Positions 1-10,157 are shown, numbered from the stretch's first letter. The stretch: DNA of 64,000 nt from an uncultured Bacteroidales bacterium (GCA_946409645.1 CAMJXE010000004.1:11420-75419); one strand, 5' to 3'. A program made the numbers and translations. Notes: a model not told the origin generated them from the sequence alone.

Positions 1-81
1 TTAAAAAACTCTTAATCACTATTCAACTTTAAGGCTGCAAAAATAAAAAAATAAAGCTTACGAAGGATATGAAAAAAAGAG

Positions 82-89
82 TATATTTG
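82..89 (+). promoter_or_regulatory. Bacteroidetes -7 promoter box (TATATTTG) for yceD-rpmF
   Basis: Matches TAnnTTTG, 20 nt before the ATG at 109. Confidence 0.7.
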
Positions 90-108
90 CACCCCAAAAA
101 ATATTGCG

Positions 109-663
109 ATGGAAGAGAGACAATTGCGTAGCCAATTTAAGATTAGAATCTCAGGAATTGAGCTCGGAAATCATTGTTTTTCAATAGATTGCAATAAAGA
201 GTTCTTTGAACTGGCAGGCATTGATCAATTGGAGGATGGCCATTTGAATTTGCGGATTGAGATGGAAAAATCTGAGAAAATGGTCGATTTCCATTGTCAC
301 TTTGAGGGTGAAGTTGTAGCCGAATGCGACCGTTGCCTCGCCCCCGTAACCCTGCCGATGAACTTCAATGAAAGACTGCTCGTGAAGTTGGTGTCCGAAA
401 ATTACCACTCCGAAGAGGAACAGGAAGATGACATTTGGATGATGGATGAAAACACCTACGAAATCGACCTCTTTCATTTCGTGTATGAGTCTATTGTGCT
501 CGCACTGCCCATCCGCATCGTCCATGAGGATGACGCTGACGGAAATCCGACTTGCGACCCCGAGGTAATGCGCCGCTTGGAAGGGATGAACACGGAAAAC
601 ATTGATAATGAACAAGAGACAGATCCCCGATGGGATGCACTCAAAAATATTAAACTGGATTAA
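109..663 (+). CDS. yceD: DUF177/YceD family protein
   Basis: CDRCL motif, LALP and DPRW..L C-terminal motifs, directly upstream of rpmF. Confidence 0.9.
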   Translation: MEERQLRSQFKIRISGIELGNHCFSIDCNKEFFELAGIDQLEDGHLNLRIEMEKSEKMVDFHCHFEGEVVAECDRCLAPVTLPMNFNERLLVKLVSENYHSEEEQEDDIWMMDENTYEIDLFHFVYESIVLALPIRIVHEDDADGNPTCDPEVMRRLEGMNTENIDNEQETDPRWDALKNIKLD

Positions 664-685
664 TAACAATAAAAATTAAATAGAT

Positions 686-874
686 ATGCCACATCCGAAA
701 AGAAGACATTCTGCTATCAGAAGAGATAATAGAAGAGCTAACGATTTCATCACCGCTCCTCAGCTGACCACTTGCAGCCATTGCGGTGCGCCCATCCTCA
801 CCCATCGCGTATGCCCTGAGTGCGGTTATTACAGAGGCAAACAAGCCATCGAAATCGGTAACGCTGCTGAATAA
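686..874 (+). CDS. rpmF: 50S ribosomal protein L32
   Basis: MPHPKRRHS start, CSHCG...HRVCPECGYYRG zinc ribbon. Confidence 0.97.
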   Translation: MPHPKRRHSAIRRDNRRANDFITAPQLTTCSHCGAPILTHRVCPECGYYRGKQAIEIGNAAE

Positions 875-951
875 ACATCCACGTAGATGTTTCACAAAAT
901 CACAAACGGATGACGTAAGAAATTATGTCATCTTTTTGAGTTTATTGAAGT

Positions 952-1530
952 ATGGAACTTATTTTTGCCACTCACAATGTGCATAAAGCTGAGGAAGTAC
1001 GCGCTATCCTCGGTTCAAATTATCACATCAAAAGCTTGCACGAAATTGGCTGTCCTGACATTCCAGAAACCGCTGACACATTGAAAGGCAATGCTTTACA
1101 AAAAGCGCAATACGTGTTTGACCACTACCACGTTAACTGTTTTGCCGATGATACGGGCTTAGAAGTCGAAGCCTTGGATGGTCGTCCTGGTGTCTATTCC
1201 GCACGCTACGCCGGAGAAGGCTGCACCTATCAGGACAATGTCCTTAAAATGCTGGAAGAAATGCGCGGTGTCACCAACCGAAAAGCCAGCTTCAAGACGA
1301 TCATCGCACTGATTCTTGACGGAAAACAGTATTTCTTCGAAGGCCGAGTTGACGGGGAAATTCTGACCGAACAACGCGGCTCCGACGGTTTTGGCTACGA
1401 TCCTATCTTCAAACCGCTGGGGTTCAGACAGACATACGCTGAAATGTCCGCGATGTCCAAAAACACCATCAGCCATCGCGCTCGTGCAATGCAACAGCTT
1501 AAGACATTCCTCATGGAATACACAAAATAA
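952..1530 (+). CDS. rdgB: Non-canonical purine NTP pyrophosphatase (RdgB/HAM1)
   Basis: [32 protein letters not shown] and SHRARA motifs. Confidence 0.95.
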   Translation: MELIFATHNVHKAEEVRAILGSNYHIKSLHEIGCPDIPETADTLKGNALQKAQYVFDHYHVNCFADDTGLEVEALDGRPGVYSARYAGEGCTYQDNVLKMLEEMRGVTNRKASFKTIIALILDGKQYFFEGRVDGEILTEQRGSDGFGYDPIFKPLGFRQTYAEMSAMSKNTISHRARAMQQLKTFLMEYTK

Positions 1531-1545
1531 TCTGATATTTCCACC

Positions 1546-1573
1546 GTAGAGACGCAAATTTCCGCGTCTCTAC
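1546..1573. repeat. GTAG-type REP-like palindrome
   Basis: gtagagacgc-aaatttcc-gcgtctctac; perfect 10-bp arms between convergent rdgB and rimM. Confidence 0.85.
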
Positions 1574-1583
1574 AATCCCTATT

Positions 1584-2108
1584 TTATTGTAGATATAACT
1601 CCACCAATCCTTCAGGAGTGTGAACGTGTAGAATTTTGTTCTCACGATCCACATTCGTAATAAACTGTTGACTGGCGGGGATGAGAATTTCCTTTCCGTC
1701 ATGATCAACCCGCATCAGCGGATTATTGGAAAGTTCCATAAAATCCTGACATACGCCAATTTCACCCAATCTTTCGTCTATTACCTTAAAGCCAATCACT
1801 TCGTGGAAATAGAATCGGTTGCCTGTAAGTTTCGGAAGGTTGCTGATGGGCAAGTAGAGCTCGGTTTGCACAAACTCTTTCACATTGCTCATATCGACAT
1901 CTTGCAGTTTTACAATGAATTGGTTATTGCCTCTATATTGCAGATTTTCAATCATATATGGAAGCATTTCGCCGTCGGTTTCAATAAAGACAGCGTTGAG
2001 GTCGAGGTAGCGTTCGCAATCATCGACATCAAAAAAGGCGCACAACTCGCCTTTCAATCCGAAAGGTTTCGTTAGTGCGCCTAAGTAGTAGAAGTTTTTG
2101 TCTGCCAT
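1584..2108 (-). CDS. rimM: 16S rRNA processing protein RimM
   Basis: KPFGLKGE, FYFHEVIGF and EILIP motifs; follows rpsP. Confidence 0.95.
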   Translation of the reverse strand: MADKNFYYLGALTKPFGLKGELCAFFDVDDCERYLDLNAVFIETDGEMLPYMIENLQYRGNNQFIVKLQDVDMSNVKEFVQTELYLPISNLPKLTGNRFYFHEVIGFKVIDERLGEIGVCQDFMELSNNPLMRVDHDGKEILIPASQQFITNVDRENKILHVHTPEGLVELYLQ

Positions 2109-2128
2109 GATAGTCAGGCGGATAAAAA

Positions 2129-2704
2129 CTATTCAGCAGCCTGTTCTACTTCAGCTGCAGGAGCATCCTCAGCAGCTTCGGCAGCGGCTTCTGCTGCAGC
2201 GGCTTCAGCGGCCTCTTGAGCGGCTTTCGCTTGAGCAGCGGCAGCCTCAGCAGCCTTAGCGGCCACTTTTGCGGAGATGGCTTCCTTGACTTTCGTCTCA
2301 GCGGCCAAACGCTCTTTCACGACTTTGCGTTTAGCTTCGCGCTCTGCATTCTCGACATCTTTCAGTTTGGAGTTTTTCTCCTGCTTCCAAGCATCGAATC
2401 TGCGTTGAGCTTCGTTCTCGCTGAACGCGCCTTTCGCTACACCGCCTTTAAGGTGCTTCATCATGTAAACACCTTCGCGTTTGAGAATCGAACGGGCCGT
2501 GTCAGAAGGAGTAGCACCTGATTCGAGCCAATACAACGCTCTGTCGAAATTGATGTTGAGAGTTGCGGGGTTGGTCAGCGGGTTGTAGGTACCCAGGTCC
2601 TCGATGAATCGTCCGTCACGGGGTGCTCGACCATCCGCAATTACAAGGTGGTAGAAGGGTTGGTTCTTCTTACCGCGTCTTTGTAATCTGATTCTTGTTG
2701 CCAT
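2129..2704 (-). CDS. rpsP: 30S ribosomal protein S16 with Ala/Glu-rich C-terminal extension
   Basis: RIRLQRRGKKNQPFYHLVIADGRAPRDGRFIE; the long tail is usual in Bacteroidetes. Confidence 0.97.
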   Translation of the reverse strand: MATRIRLQRRGKKNQPFYHLVIADGRAPRDGRFIEDLGTYNPLTNPATLNINFDRALYWLESGATPSDTARSILKREGVYMMKHLKGGVAKGAFSENEAQRRFDAWKQEKNSKLKDVENAEREAKRKVVKERLAAETKVKEAISAKVAAKAAEAAAAQAKAAQEAAEAAAAEAAAEAAEDAPAAEVEQAAE

Positions 2705-2740
2705 AAAATTTAATTTTTTAGTTTGTTAAAAAAAAGTCGG

Positions 2741-2748
2741 CAAAGATA
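2741..2748 (-). promoter_or_regulatory. -7 promoter box (TATCTTTG) for rpsP-rimM
   Basis: caaagata on the + strand upstream of rpsP. Confidence 0.7.
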
Positions 2749-3017
2749 CACTTTTTTTGGATTCGCCGTTCTTGAATTTTAAATACTGTTTCGTGTAGTT
2801 TTTCGTTCATTTGTTGCGTTCTTATGAATAAAAGGTGAATAATCATAGCATAACCCTTTATCTGAATACTTCAACTTTCTGCCAGCGCCCGCAAGATGTT
2901 GGGCGCTGACTATTTTAAACGAAAACATTCACCGTCGGCTTTTCTAACGTCTCCTTTTTTTAACCTGAATGATTCACACTACTTTGACTTTGACCATTAA
3001 CATTGACTAATCTCCGC

Positions 3018-3059
3018 TGCCTATTGCCTATTCCCTATTCCCTATTGCCTGTTCCCTGA
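3018..3059. repeat. Heptamer tandem repeat T(G/C)CCT(A/G)T x6
   Basis: tgcctat tgcctat tccctat tccctat tgcctgt tccctga. Confidence 0.85.
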
Positions 3060-3245
3060 TAAAGAAAGTTTGTATGAATAGAACAGGTTAAGTATTTTGA
3101 ATATATGCAAGATGGTGTTTGGGGTCTGTTTACTGATTGTGATGAAAAGGAGGAATTAATGTGTGTTTGATATAAGTTAATTATTTAAAAATGAATAATA
3201 TAAAGGTACTTTATGTATCTCTGCATCTTCAAATCCAAAACACAA

Positions 3246-3282
3246 ATCGCTGCCGACACTCCATTCAAGTGACGGCAGCGAT
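3246..3282 (-). terminator. Probable intrinsic terminator of gcvP
   Basis: atcgctgccg...cggcagcgat inverted repeat just past the gcvP stop, T-rich tail on the - strand. Confidence 0.7.
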
Positions 3283-3308
3283 AAGGTATTAAAAATAGAA
3301 GTTCAGCC

Positions 3309-6167
3309 CTATTCGCTCAACACGCAAACGAGATTTCTATCGCCGTAAGCGTCGTCGATCTTGCCGACGGTCGGCCAGTATTTCTCGGTGTGTGGAAGCG
3401 GGAAGGCAGCTTGCTTACGGGTGTAAGGACGATCCCATTCGTCTGCACAGACCACATCCATGCTGTGAGGAGCGTTCTTGATGAGGTTGTTGGCCTTGTC
3501 TGCTTTGCCCTCTTCAATGTCGCGGATCTCTTGACGGATAGCAATCATGGCGTCGCAGAAGCGGTCAAGTTCGCTCAACGGTTCGCTCTCGGTAGGTTCT
3601 ACCATCAAGGTGCCGTGTACCGGAAAAGCCACTGTGGGAGCATGGAAACCATAGTCCATCAGACGTTTGGCGATGTCACCCACCTGCACACCTGCGCTTC
3701 TGTCGAAAGCGTTGCAGTCGAGAATCATCTCGTGTGCACACATGCCTTGCGTGCCCGTGTAAAGGATCTTATAGTCCTTCTCTAAACGAGCGCGCATATA
3801 GTTGGCGTTCAGGATAGCCGTCTTGGTGACTTCTGTCAAACCCTTGCCGCCCAGCATCTTGAGGTAAGCGTAAGTGATCGGGATCAGATATGCGCTGCCG
3901 TAAGGAGCTGTAGCTACTTGGCTGCCTTGTTCACCACCGACCTTCACCGTAGCGTGGTTGGGCAAGAACGGGACGAGCTTTTCGCACACACCGATCGGGC
4001 CTACGCCAGGACCACCACCGCCGTGAGGCATAGCAAAAGTCTTGTGCAGGTTGAGGTGGCAGACATCCGCGCCCATGGTGCCGGGAGAGGTCAGGCCTAC
4101 CTGTGCGTTCATGTTCGCACCATCCATATAGACCAGACCGCCGTTCTCGTGGATGATCTTGATGATTTCGAGGATGCCTTCCTCAAATACGCCGTGCGTG
4201 GAAGGATAGGTAATCATCAAGCAGGAGAGGTTGTCCTTGTATTGTTCCGCTTTGGCACGCAAATCGTCGATATCAACCTCGCCATGCTCGGTAGCCTTCA
4301 CCACGACGATCTTGTTGCCGGCTTTGGCGGAAGAGGCTGGGTTGGTGCCGTGTGCGGAAGAGGGGATCAAGCAAATGTTGCGGTGACCCTCGCCGCGGCT
4401 GAGGTGATAGTTGCGGATGACGGTCATTCCGGCATATTCACCAGCGGCGCCGGAGTTCGGCTGCAAGGAGACGGCTGCGAAACCGGTGATCTTGGCCAAC
4501 CAGTTGCACACTTCGTCCAACATTTCGCGATAACCCTCGACTTGGTCGGCGGGAGCGTAGGGGTGAATGTTGCAGGTTTCGGCCCAGCTCAGCGGCAGCA
4601 TCTCGGCAGCTGCGTTGAGCTTCATGGTACAGGAACCCAGCGGAATCATCGCGCGGTTCAGTGACAAATCCTTGACTTCCAACATCTTCATATAACGCAT
4701 CATCTCGGTCTCGGAATGATATTGGTTGAAGATTTTATGTTGCATGAACGGGCTCTTACGAATCAGCTCAGCGGGGATGTGCAAGTTGGGAACTCCGCAT
4801 CTGCCGTCGCAAACGTGCGGGGTGAACGGTTTTCCGGCGGCGATGGCCAGCACTTCGAGGATGTTGTTGACATCGTCGTGGGTGACGGTCTCGTCCAAGG
4901 AAATCGTGAAGCAACGCTCGCAGTGGTAGCAGAGGTTGATCTCCTTCGACAGGGCCACCTTCTTCACGTCCTCGCAGGTAATGCCTTCGGGCGTTTCGAG
5001 GCAGAGGGTGTCGAAGTAGTTTTCGTTATACTGTTTGAAGCCGTATTTTGCTGCTTCCTCAGCGAGAACACCAGCTAATACGTTGATTTTCACAGCTTTG
5101 TTTTTCAGTCCCTCGGCACCATGCCACATGCCGTAGAAGCCGGCCATGATGGCGGTCAAGGCGCTGGCGGTACAGATGTTGGAGGTTGCGCGCTCGCGTT
5201 TGATGTGCTGCTCGCGAGTCTGCAACGCCATACGAACGGCGCGGTGGCCTTGGGCATCGACGGTCACACCAATGATACGGCCCGGCATCTGGCGCAGGAA
5301 CTCCTCGCGGCAGGCGTAGAAGCCAGCGGCAGGGCTGCCATAACCCATCGGGATACCGAAACGCTGGGTGGAACCGGTCACGCAATCGGCGCCCCATTCG
5401 CCCGGAGGCGTGAGCAACGTAAGTGCCATTAAATCAGTGGCAACGCCCACAAAAATATTCTTGTTGTGTGCCTTCTCGACCCATGTACGGAAATCATGGA
5501 TGCCGCCCCAGTAGTTCGGGTATTGGACCATAGCACCGAAGAAAGTCTCGTCGAGTTCCACCTGATCAGGTTTTCCGATGACCAACTCGATGCCTTGAGG
5601 GGCAGCGTTGGTCTTCATCACGCCAATGCAATGCGGGAACACGCCTTCGGCTACGAAATATTTCACCACATTGTTTTTCTGTTGCTCGCGGCTGCGGCTA
5701 CGGAAGAACATCAGCATCATCTCGCCGGCTGCAGTAGCATCGTCCAACATGGAAGCATTGGAGAGCGGCATAGCTGTCAGACTGCTAATCATCGTCTGAT
5801 AATTCAGCAACGCCTCAATACGACCTTGAGAAATTTCAGCCTGGTAGGGAGTGTAAGAGGTGTACCAACCCGGATTCTCGAAAATGTTTCGCAAAATCAC
5901 CGCAGGGGTGTAGGTGTTGTAGTGACCCATACCGATGTAGGAGCGGTAAATTTTATTTTTCGCCATCAAACCATGAATGTGGTTGAGATATTCACCTTCA
6001 GTCATGCCGTCAGGCAAATCCAGCGGCTTCGGCAGGCGGATGGCGGCGGGAACCGTCTTTTCAATCAGTTCATCTAATGTTTTCACGCCAATGACATTCA
6101 GCATTTTCTGTTGCTCATCGGCGGCGGGACCATTGTGTCTGCACACAAAATCATCTTTTATTATCAT
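3309..6167 (-). CDS. gcvP: Glycine dehydrogenase (decarboxylating), P protein
   Basis: SYTPYQAEISQGR, MIPLGSCTMKLN and HLNLHKTF (PLP lysine) motifs; ATG at 6167 preferred over TTG at 6179. Confidence 0.97.
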   Translation of the reverse strand: MIIKDDFVCRHNGPAADEQQKMLNVIGVKTLDELIEKTVPAAIRLPKPLDLPDGMTEGEYLNHIHGLMAKNKIYRSYIGMGHYNTYTPAVILRNIFENPGWYTSYTPYQAEISQGRIEALLNYQTMISSLTAMPLSNASMLDDATAAGEMMLMFFRSRSREQQKNNVVKYFVAEGVFPHCIGVMKTNAAPQGIELVIGKPDQVELDETFFGAMVQYPNYWGGIHDFRTWVEKAHNKNIFVGVATDLMALTLLTPPGEWGADCVTGSTQRFGIPMGYGSPAAGFYACREEFLRQMPGRIIGVTVDAQGHRAVRMALQTREQHIKRERATSNICTASALTAIMAGFYGMWHGAEGLKNKAVKINVLAGVLAEEAAKYGFKQYNENYFDTLCLETPEGITCEDVKKVALSKEINLCYHCERCFTISLDETVTHDDVNNILEVLAIAAGKPFTPHVCDGRCGVPNLHIPAELIRKSPFMQHKIFNQYHSETEMMRYMKMLEVKDLSLNRAMIPLGSCTMKLNAAAEMLPLSWAETCNIHPYAPADQVEGYREMLDEVCNWLAKITGFAAVSLQPNSGAAGEYAGMTVIRNYHLSRGEGHRNICLIPSSAHGTNPASSAKAGNKIVVVKATEHGEVDIDDLRAKAEQYKDNLSCLMITYPSTHGVFEEGILEIIKIIHENGGLVYMDGANMNAQVGLTSPGTMGADVCHLNLHKTFAMPHGGGGPGVGPIGVCEKLVPFLPNHATVKVGGEQGSQVATAPYGSAYLIPITYAYLKMLGGKGLTEVTKTAILNANYMRARLEKDYKILYTGTQGMCAHEMILDCNAFDRSAGVQVGDIAKRLMDYGFHAPTVAFPVHGTLMVEPTESEPLSELDRFCDAMIAIRQEIRDIEEGKADKANNLIKNAPHSMDVVCADEWDRPYTRKQAAFPLPHTEKYWPTVGKIDDAYGDRNLVCVLSE

Positions 6168-6303
6168 ATTGACTATCAATTTGTTATAAATACAATCGTT
6201 CTAAAATTTAAGAAAGGCAAAAGTACATAAATTATAAACAAATACAAGTGATTAAAATATTAAATGTTATATTCGCAAGTAAATGGGTTTAAACAAAAAA
6301 TAG

Positions 6304-6311
6304 TATCTTTG
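6304..6311 (+). promoter_or_regulatory. -7 promoter box for pyrE
   Basis: TATCTTTG. Confidence 0.7.
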
Positions 6312-6349
6312 CGCAATTTATTTTTGATACAAATTAAATTTAAAATACT

Positions 6350-6925
6350 ATGAATGAAGAACATAACAATTCTGTTATTGAAGAACTGAAGCAGTCGGAA
6401 GCATTGCTTGAAGGTCATTTCTTACTCTCATCGGGTCGTCACAGCGACCGTTACTGCCAGTGTGCCAAGTTGTTGCAGTACCCTGACAGAGCAGAGCGCG
6501 TGATTGCGAAAATCACGGAACAGGTGAAAGACTTGCACATCGACATGGTGGTGGGACCGGCAATGGGCGGCATCATCGTGGCTTACGAACTGGGCCGTCA
6601 GTTAGGCGTTCCCGCCATTTTCACGGAGCGTGTGGATAACGTGATGTGCCTACGCCGCGGCTTCGAGGTGAAACCTGGCATGAAACTGCTCATTTCCGAA
6701 GATGTGGTCACCACCGGCAAATCCTCTCTCGAAACTATCGAAGTACTGAAATCCTTTGGTGCTGAGGTAATTGGTGTGGCTTGCATTGCCGACCGAAGCG
6801 ATGGAAGCTTCCCTTATCCCGTCTATAGTGCGACCAAACTCAACATTCAAAACTGGGCTGTGGAGGATTGTCCGCTCTGTAAACAGGGTCTCCCCTTCGT
6901 GAAACCCGGCAGCCGCAAGATGTAA
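6350..6925 (+). CDS. pyrE: Orotate phosphoribosyltransferase (short Thermus/Clostridia-like type)
   Basis: [19 protein letters not shown] and the PRPP loop EDVVTTGKS. Confidence 0.93.
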   Translation: MNEEHNNSVIEELKQSEALLEGHFLLSSGRHSDRYCQCAKLLQYPDRAERVIAKITEQVKDLHIDMVVGPAMGGIIVAYELGRQLGVPAIFTERVDNVMCLRRGFEVKPGMKLLISEDVVTTGKSSLETIEVLKSFGAEVIGVACIADRSDGSFPYPVYSATKLNIQNWAVEDCPLCKQGLPFVKPGSRKM

Positions 6926-6931
6926 GACGTA

Positions 6932-7009
6932 TGATTTGTGACTTGTGATTATCGTCAATCGACGACTTAATCTTTATGTCTAAAGTCAAAAATCACAAGT
7001 CATAAGTCA
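6932..7009. repeat. Inverted heptamer-repeat hairpin between pyrE and atpH
   Basis: tgatttgtgacttgtgatt (6932-6950) pairs with aatcacaagtcataagtca (6991-7009), 17/19 plus two G-U pairs. Confidence 0.8.
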
Positions 7010-7018
7010 AAAAAATAG

Positions 7019-7026
7019 TATATTTG
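7019..7026 (+). promoter_or_regulatory. -7 promoter box for atpHAG
   Basis: TATATTTG, 20 nt before the atpH ATG. Confidence 0.7.
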
Positions 7027-7046
7027 CCGCGCTTTAAAAATCATAG

Positions 7047-7604
7047 ATGAAAAACCCAAAATTATCCAGTAGATACGCCAAAGCATTATTCGACTTTGCA
7101 GGCGAGAAAAATCAGATTGAAGAAGTTTACAGTGATCTCAAACTGTTTGCGGGCACGCTGAAAGAGAACCGCGAACTACAGGTGCTGTTGCGCAATCCTG
7201 TGGTGCCTTCCAACCAAAAGCACCAATTCTTCGAGAGCGTTTTCAATGGTACGATGCATGACATCACCTATCAGTTTTTGGACGTTCTGCTGAAGAAAAA
7301 GCGTGAACCAGCGTTAGACACCATTTGCGAAGAGTTTTTCAATCTGTATAACCAATCTCATAACATTAAGACTGCGACCATCGCCACTGCCAGTCCGCTT
7401 AGCGAACCGTTGAAAGCCAAGATTGTGGCTATGCTCTCCGAACAGACTAACGCCACCATCGAACTCCATGAAATTGTGGACTCCCATCTCATCGGTGGAT
7501 TCATCATCAAGATGGATGACTATTTTATGGACTCCAGCATCTTACACAAAATCAATAAATTACGTCAAGAATTTTCACAAAATAATTTTCAAGTACAATT
7601 CTAA
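7047..7604 (+). CDS. atpH: ATP synthase F1 delta subunit
   Basis: SRYAKALF start, LIGGFII motif, upstream of atpA. Confidence 0.95.
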   Translation: MKNPKLSSRYAKALFDFAGEKNQIEEVYSDLKLFAGTLKENRELQVLLRNPVVPSNQKHQFFESVFNGTMHDITYQFLDVLLKKKREPALDTICEEFFNLYNQSHNIKTATIATASPLSEPLKAKIVAMLSEQTNATIELHEIVDSHLIGGFIIKMDDYFMDSSILHKINKLRQEFSQNNFQVQF

Positions 7605-7616
7605 ATCCGCATATAA

Positions 7617-9206
7617 ATGGCAGAAATAAAACCCTCAGAAGTTACATCCATACTGCGCCAACAATTAGAGAATTTCAACCAAAAATCCGAAATGGAAGAG
7701 GTTGGAACCGTTTTGTTGGTCGGCGACGGTATCGCCCGTGTCTATGGTCTGCAGAACGCCCGCTCTGGCGAATTGGTGATCTTCAACACCAAAAACGGCG
7801 ATGAAATCACCGGTATCGCCCTCAACCTTGAAGAAGACAACGTGGGTGTCGTGCTTTTGGGCGACTCCAAATCGCTCAACGAAGGCGACATCTGCAAGCG
7901 CACAGGTCGCATCGCCTCCATTCGTGTTGGCGAAGGTCTGCTGGGCCGCGTCATCAACACCTTAGGTCAGCCTATCGATGGCAAAGGAGACATTGAAGGT
8001 GAGCTCTACGAGATGCCCATCGATCGCAAGGCTCCAGGTGTCATCTTCCGTCAACCTGTGAAAGAACCGCTGCAAACCGGTATCAAGGCTGTCGATGCCA
8101 TGATCCCCATCGGCCGTGGTCAACGCGAGCTCATCATTGGCGACCGTCAGACCGGTAAGACGGCTATCGCTATCGACACCATCATCAACCAAAAGTCATT
8201 CTATGATCAAGGCAACCCCGTATATTGTATTTACGTTGCCGTAGGTCAGAAAGGATCATCCGTGGCCTCTTTGGTAAAGACGCTCACCGAACGCGGGGCA
8301 ATGCCTTATACCATCGTGGTGACTGCCACTGCTTCCGACGCTGCCGCCATGCAGTTCTACGCACCTTTCGCTGGTGCAGCCATCGGTGAATTCTTCCGCG
8401 ACACTGGCCGTAACGCCCTCATCATCTACGACGACCTGTCGAAACAAGCCGTGGCTTACCGTGAGGTCTCGCTGCTGCTCCGCCGTCCCCCCGGACGTGA
8501 AGCTTACCCCGGTGATGTCTTCTATCTCCATTCCAGACTGCTGGAGCGCGCTGCCAAAATCATCGAATCCGATGAGATTGCCTCCCAAATGAACGATCTG
8601 CCTGCCTCGCTGAAACCCCTTGTAAAGGGTGGCGGCTCCCTGACGGCTCTGCCTATCATTGAGACTCAAGCAGGCGATGTGTCCGCATACATCCCCACTA
8701 ACGTGATTTCCATCACCGATGGACAGATTTTCTTGGAGACATCCCTGTTCAACGCTGGTGTGCGTCCTGCCATCAACGTCGGTATCTCCGTGTCTCGCGT
8801 CGGTGGTAACGCTCAAATCAAATCCATGAAGAAGGTGGCTGGTACATTGAAGCTCGACCAAGCACAATACCGCGAGATGGAATCCTTCGCTAAGTTCGGC
8901 TCTGACGTGGATGCCGCCACGCAATTCGTCCTTGACAAGGGCGTACGCAACGTGGAAATCCTCAAACAGCCGCAATACACGCCGTACAAAGTGGAAGAAC
9001 AAATCGCTATCATCTTCTGCGGTTCCCGCGGACTGTTGCAGAAGGTTCCCGTTTCGAACATCCGCAATTTTGAGACGGAATTCATCTCCTTCATGCACAC
9101 ACATCATCAAGATACGCTCGACATTCTTGCAAAGGGCACGATCAATGATGAAATTATGCAAAAACTGACGGACGCTTGTGCTGAGGTGGCCAAAAAATAC
9201 GAATAA
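7617..9206 (+). CDS. atpA: ATP synthase F1 alpha subunit
   Basis: [18 protein letters not shown] Walker [22 protein letters not shown]. Confidence 0.98.
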   Translation: MAEIKPSEVTSILRQQLENFNQKSEMEEVGTVLLVGDGIARVYGLQNARSGELVIFNTKNGDEITGIALNLEEDNVGVVLLGDSKSLNEGDICKRTGRIASIRVGEGLLGRVINTLGQPIDGKGDIEGELYEMPIDRKAPGVIFRQPVKEPLQTGIKAVDAMIPIGRGQRELIIGDRQTGKTAIAIDTIINQKSFYDQGNPVYCIYVAVGQKGSSVASLVKTLTERGAMPYTIVVTATASDAAAMQFYAPFAGAAIGEFFRDTGRNALIIYDDLSKQAVAYREVSLLLRRPPGREAYPGDVFYLHSRLLERAAKIIESDEIASQMNDLPASLKPLVKGGGSLTALPIIETQAGDVSAYIPTNVISITDGQIFLETSLFNAGVRPAINVGISVSRVGGNAQIKSMKKVAGTLKLDQAQYREMESFAKFGSDVDAATQFVLDKGVRNVEILKQPQYTPYKVEEQIAIIFCGSRGLLQKVPVSNIRNFETEFISFMHTHHQDTLDILAKGTINDEIMQKLTDACAEVAKKYE

Positions 9207-9208
9207 TT

Positions 9209-10084
9209 ATGGGTAACCTGAAAGAAATCCGCACGCGTATCACCTCGATTGAATCTACGCAGAAGATCACCAGCTCCATGAAGTTAGTGTCGGCTGCAAA
9301 GCTTCGCCGTGCCCAAACCGCCATCCAGCATCTTCGTCCTTACTCTCAGAAGCTGAACGAAATACTGAACAATTTAGCCGATTCCAACACGGGTGGCGAA
9401 CAGCTTCCTCTCTTCGAAGCGCGTGATCCCGAAAAGATTATTATCGTGGTCATCACCTCCAACAAGGGGCTTTGCGGTGCGTTCAACTCGAACATTGTGA
9501 AAGCCGTCAACCATTTGGTGGCGGAAAAATATGCCGCCCAACATGAGGCTGGTAACGTACAATTGGTCTGTTTCGGCAAAAAAGGCAAAGATCAACTCAA
9601 CAAATTCTATCCTGTGCTGTACTACAACGAAAAACTGCTCGACAGCCCCGACTTCGCCGAAACCTCCGATGTAACCGATGATTTGGTGCAACGTTTTATT
9701 CATCACGAAGTGGATAAAGTCGATATCGTATATAACCAATTTCTAAACGCCGCCACACAACAGGTTACGGTGGAAGATTATCTTCCTGCGACCTCAATGG
9801 CCGACGACGAAAAGAAAGTGACTAACGACTATATCATCGAACCTTCAGCAGACCAATTGTTGAAAGAGCTGATTCCTAAAATTTTACGCACACAACTGTA
9901 TAAAACGCTCTCCGACTCCATTGCATCGGAACACGGTGCCAGAATGACCTCCATGACCAAAGCCACTGACAACGCCACGGAGATTCTTCGCGAGTTGCGC
10001 CTGAAGTACAACAACGCCCGCCAATCTTCCATCACCAACGAGTTGATTGAGATTGTAAGTGGAGCCAACGCACTAAACGGATAG
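9209..10084 (+). CDS. atpG: ATP synthase F1 gamma subunit
   Basis: QKITSSMKLVSAAK, KGLCGAFN, ARQSSITNELIEIVSG. Confidence 0.98.
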   Translation: MGNLKEIRTRITSIESTQKITSSMKLVSAAKLRRAQTAIQHLRPYSQKLNEILNNLADSNTGGEQLPLFEARDPEKIIIVVITSNKGLCGAFNSNIVKAVNHLVAEKYAAQHEAGNVQLVCFGKKGKDQLNKFYPVLYYNEKLLDSPDFAETSDVTDDLVQRFIHHEVDKVDIVYNQFLNAATQQVTVEDYLPATSMADDEKKVTNDYIIEPSADQLLKELIPKILRTQLYKTLSDSIASEHGARMTSMTKATDNATEILRELRLKYNNARQSSITNELIEIVSGANALNG

Positions 10085-10101
10085 CATACAATATTATAAA
10101 T

Positions 10102-10133
10102 AAAAAAGGGACGGATTTTTCCGTCCCTTTTTT
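10102..10133. terminator. Bidirectional intrinsic terminator atpG/cdaA
   Basis: aaaaaagggacgg-loop-ccgtccctttttt between convergent genes. Confidence 0.9.
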
Positions 10134-10157
10134 GGTACTTGTTATTCATCTTCAACC

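Noticed and set aside
2129-2330. Ala/Glu-rich repetitive tail of S16
   Set aside because: Long C-terminal extensions of S16 are a known Bacteroidetes feature.
6168-6349. Glycine riboswitch before gcvP (and SAH riboswitch before ahcY)
   Set aside because: The leaders are short and AT-rich and lack the aptamer stems.
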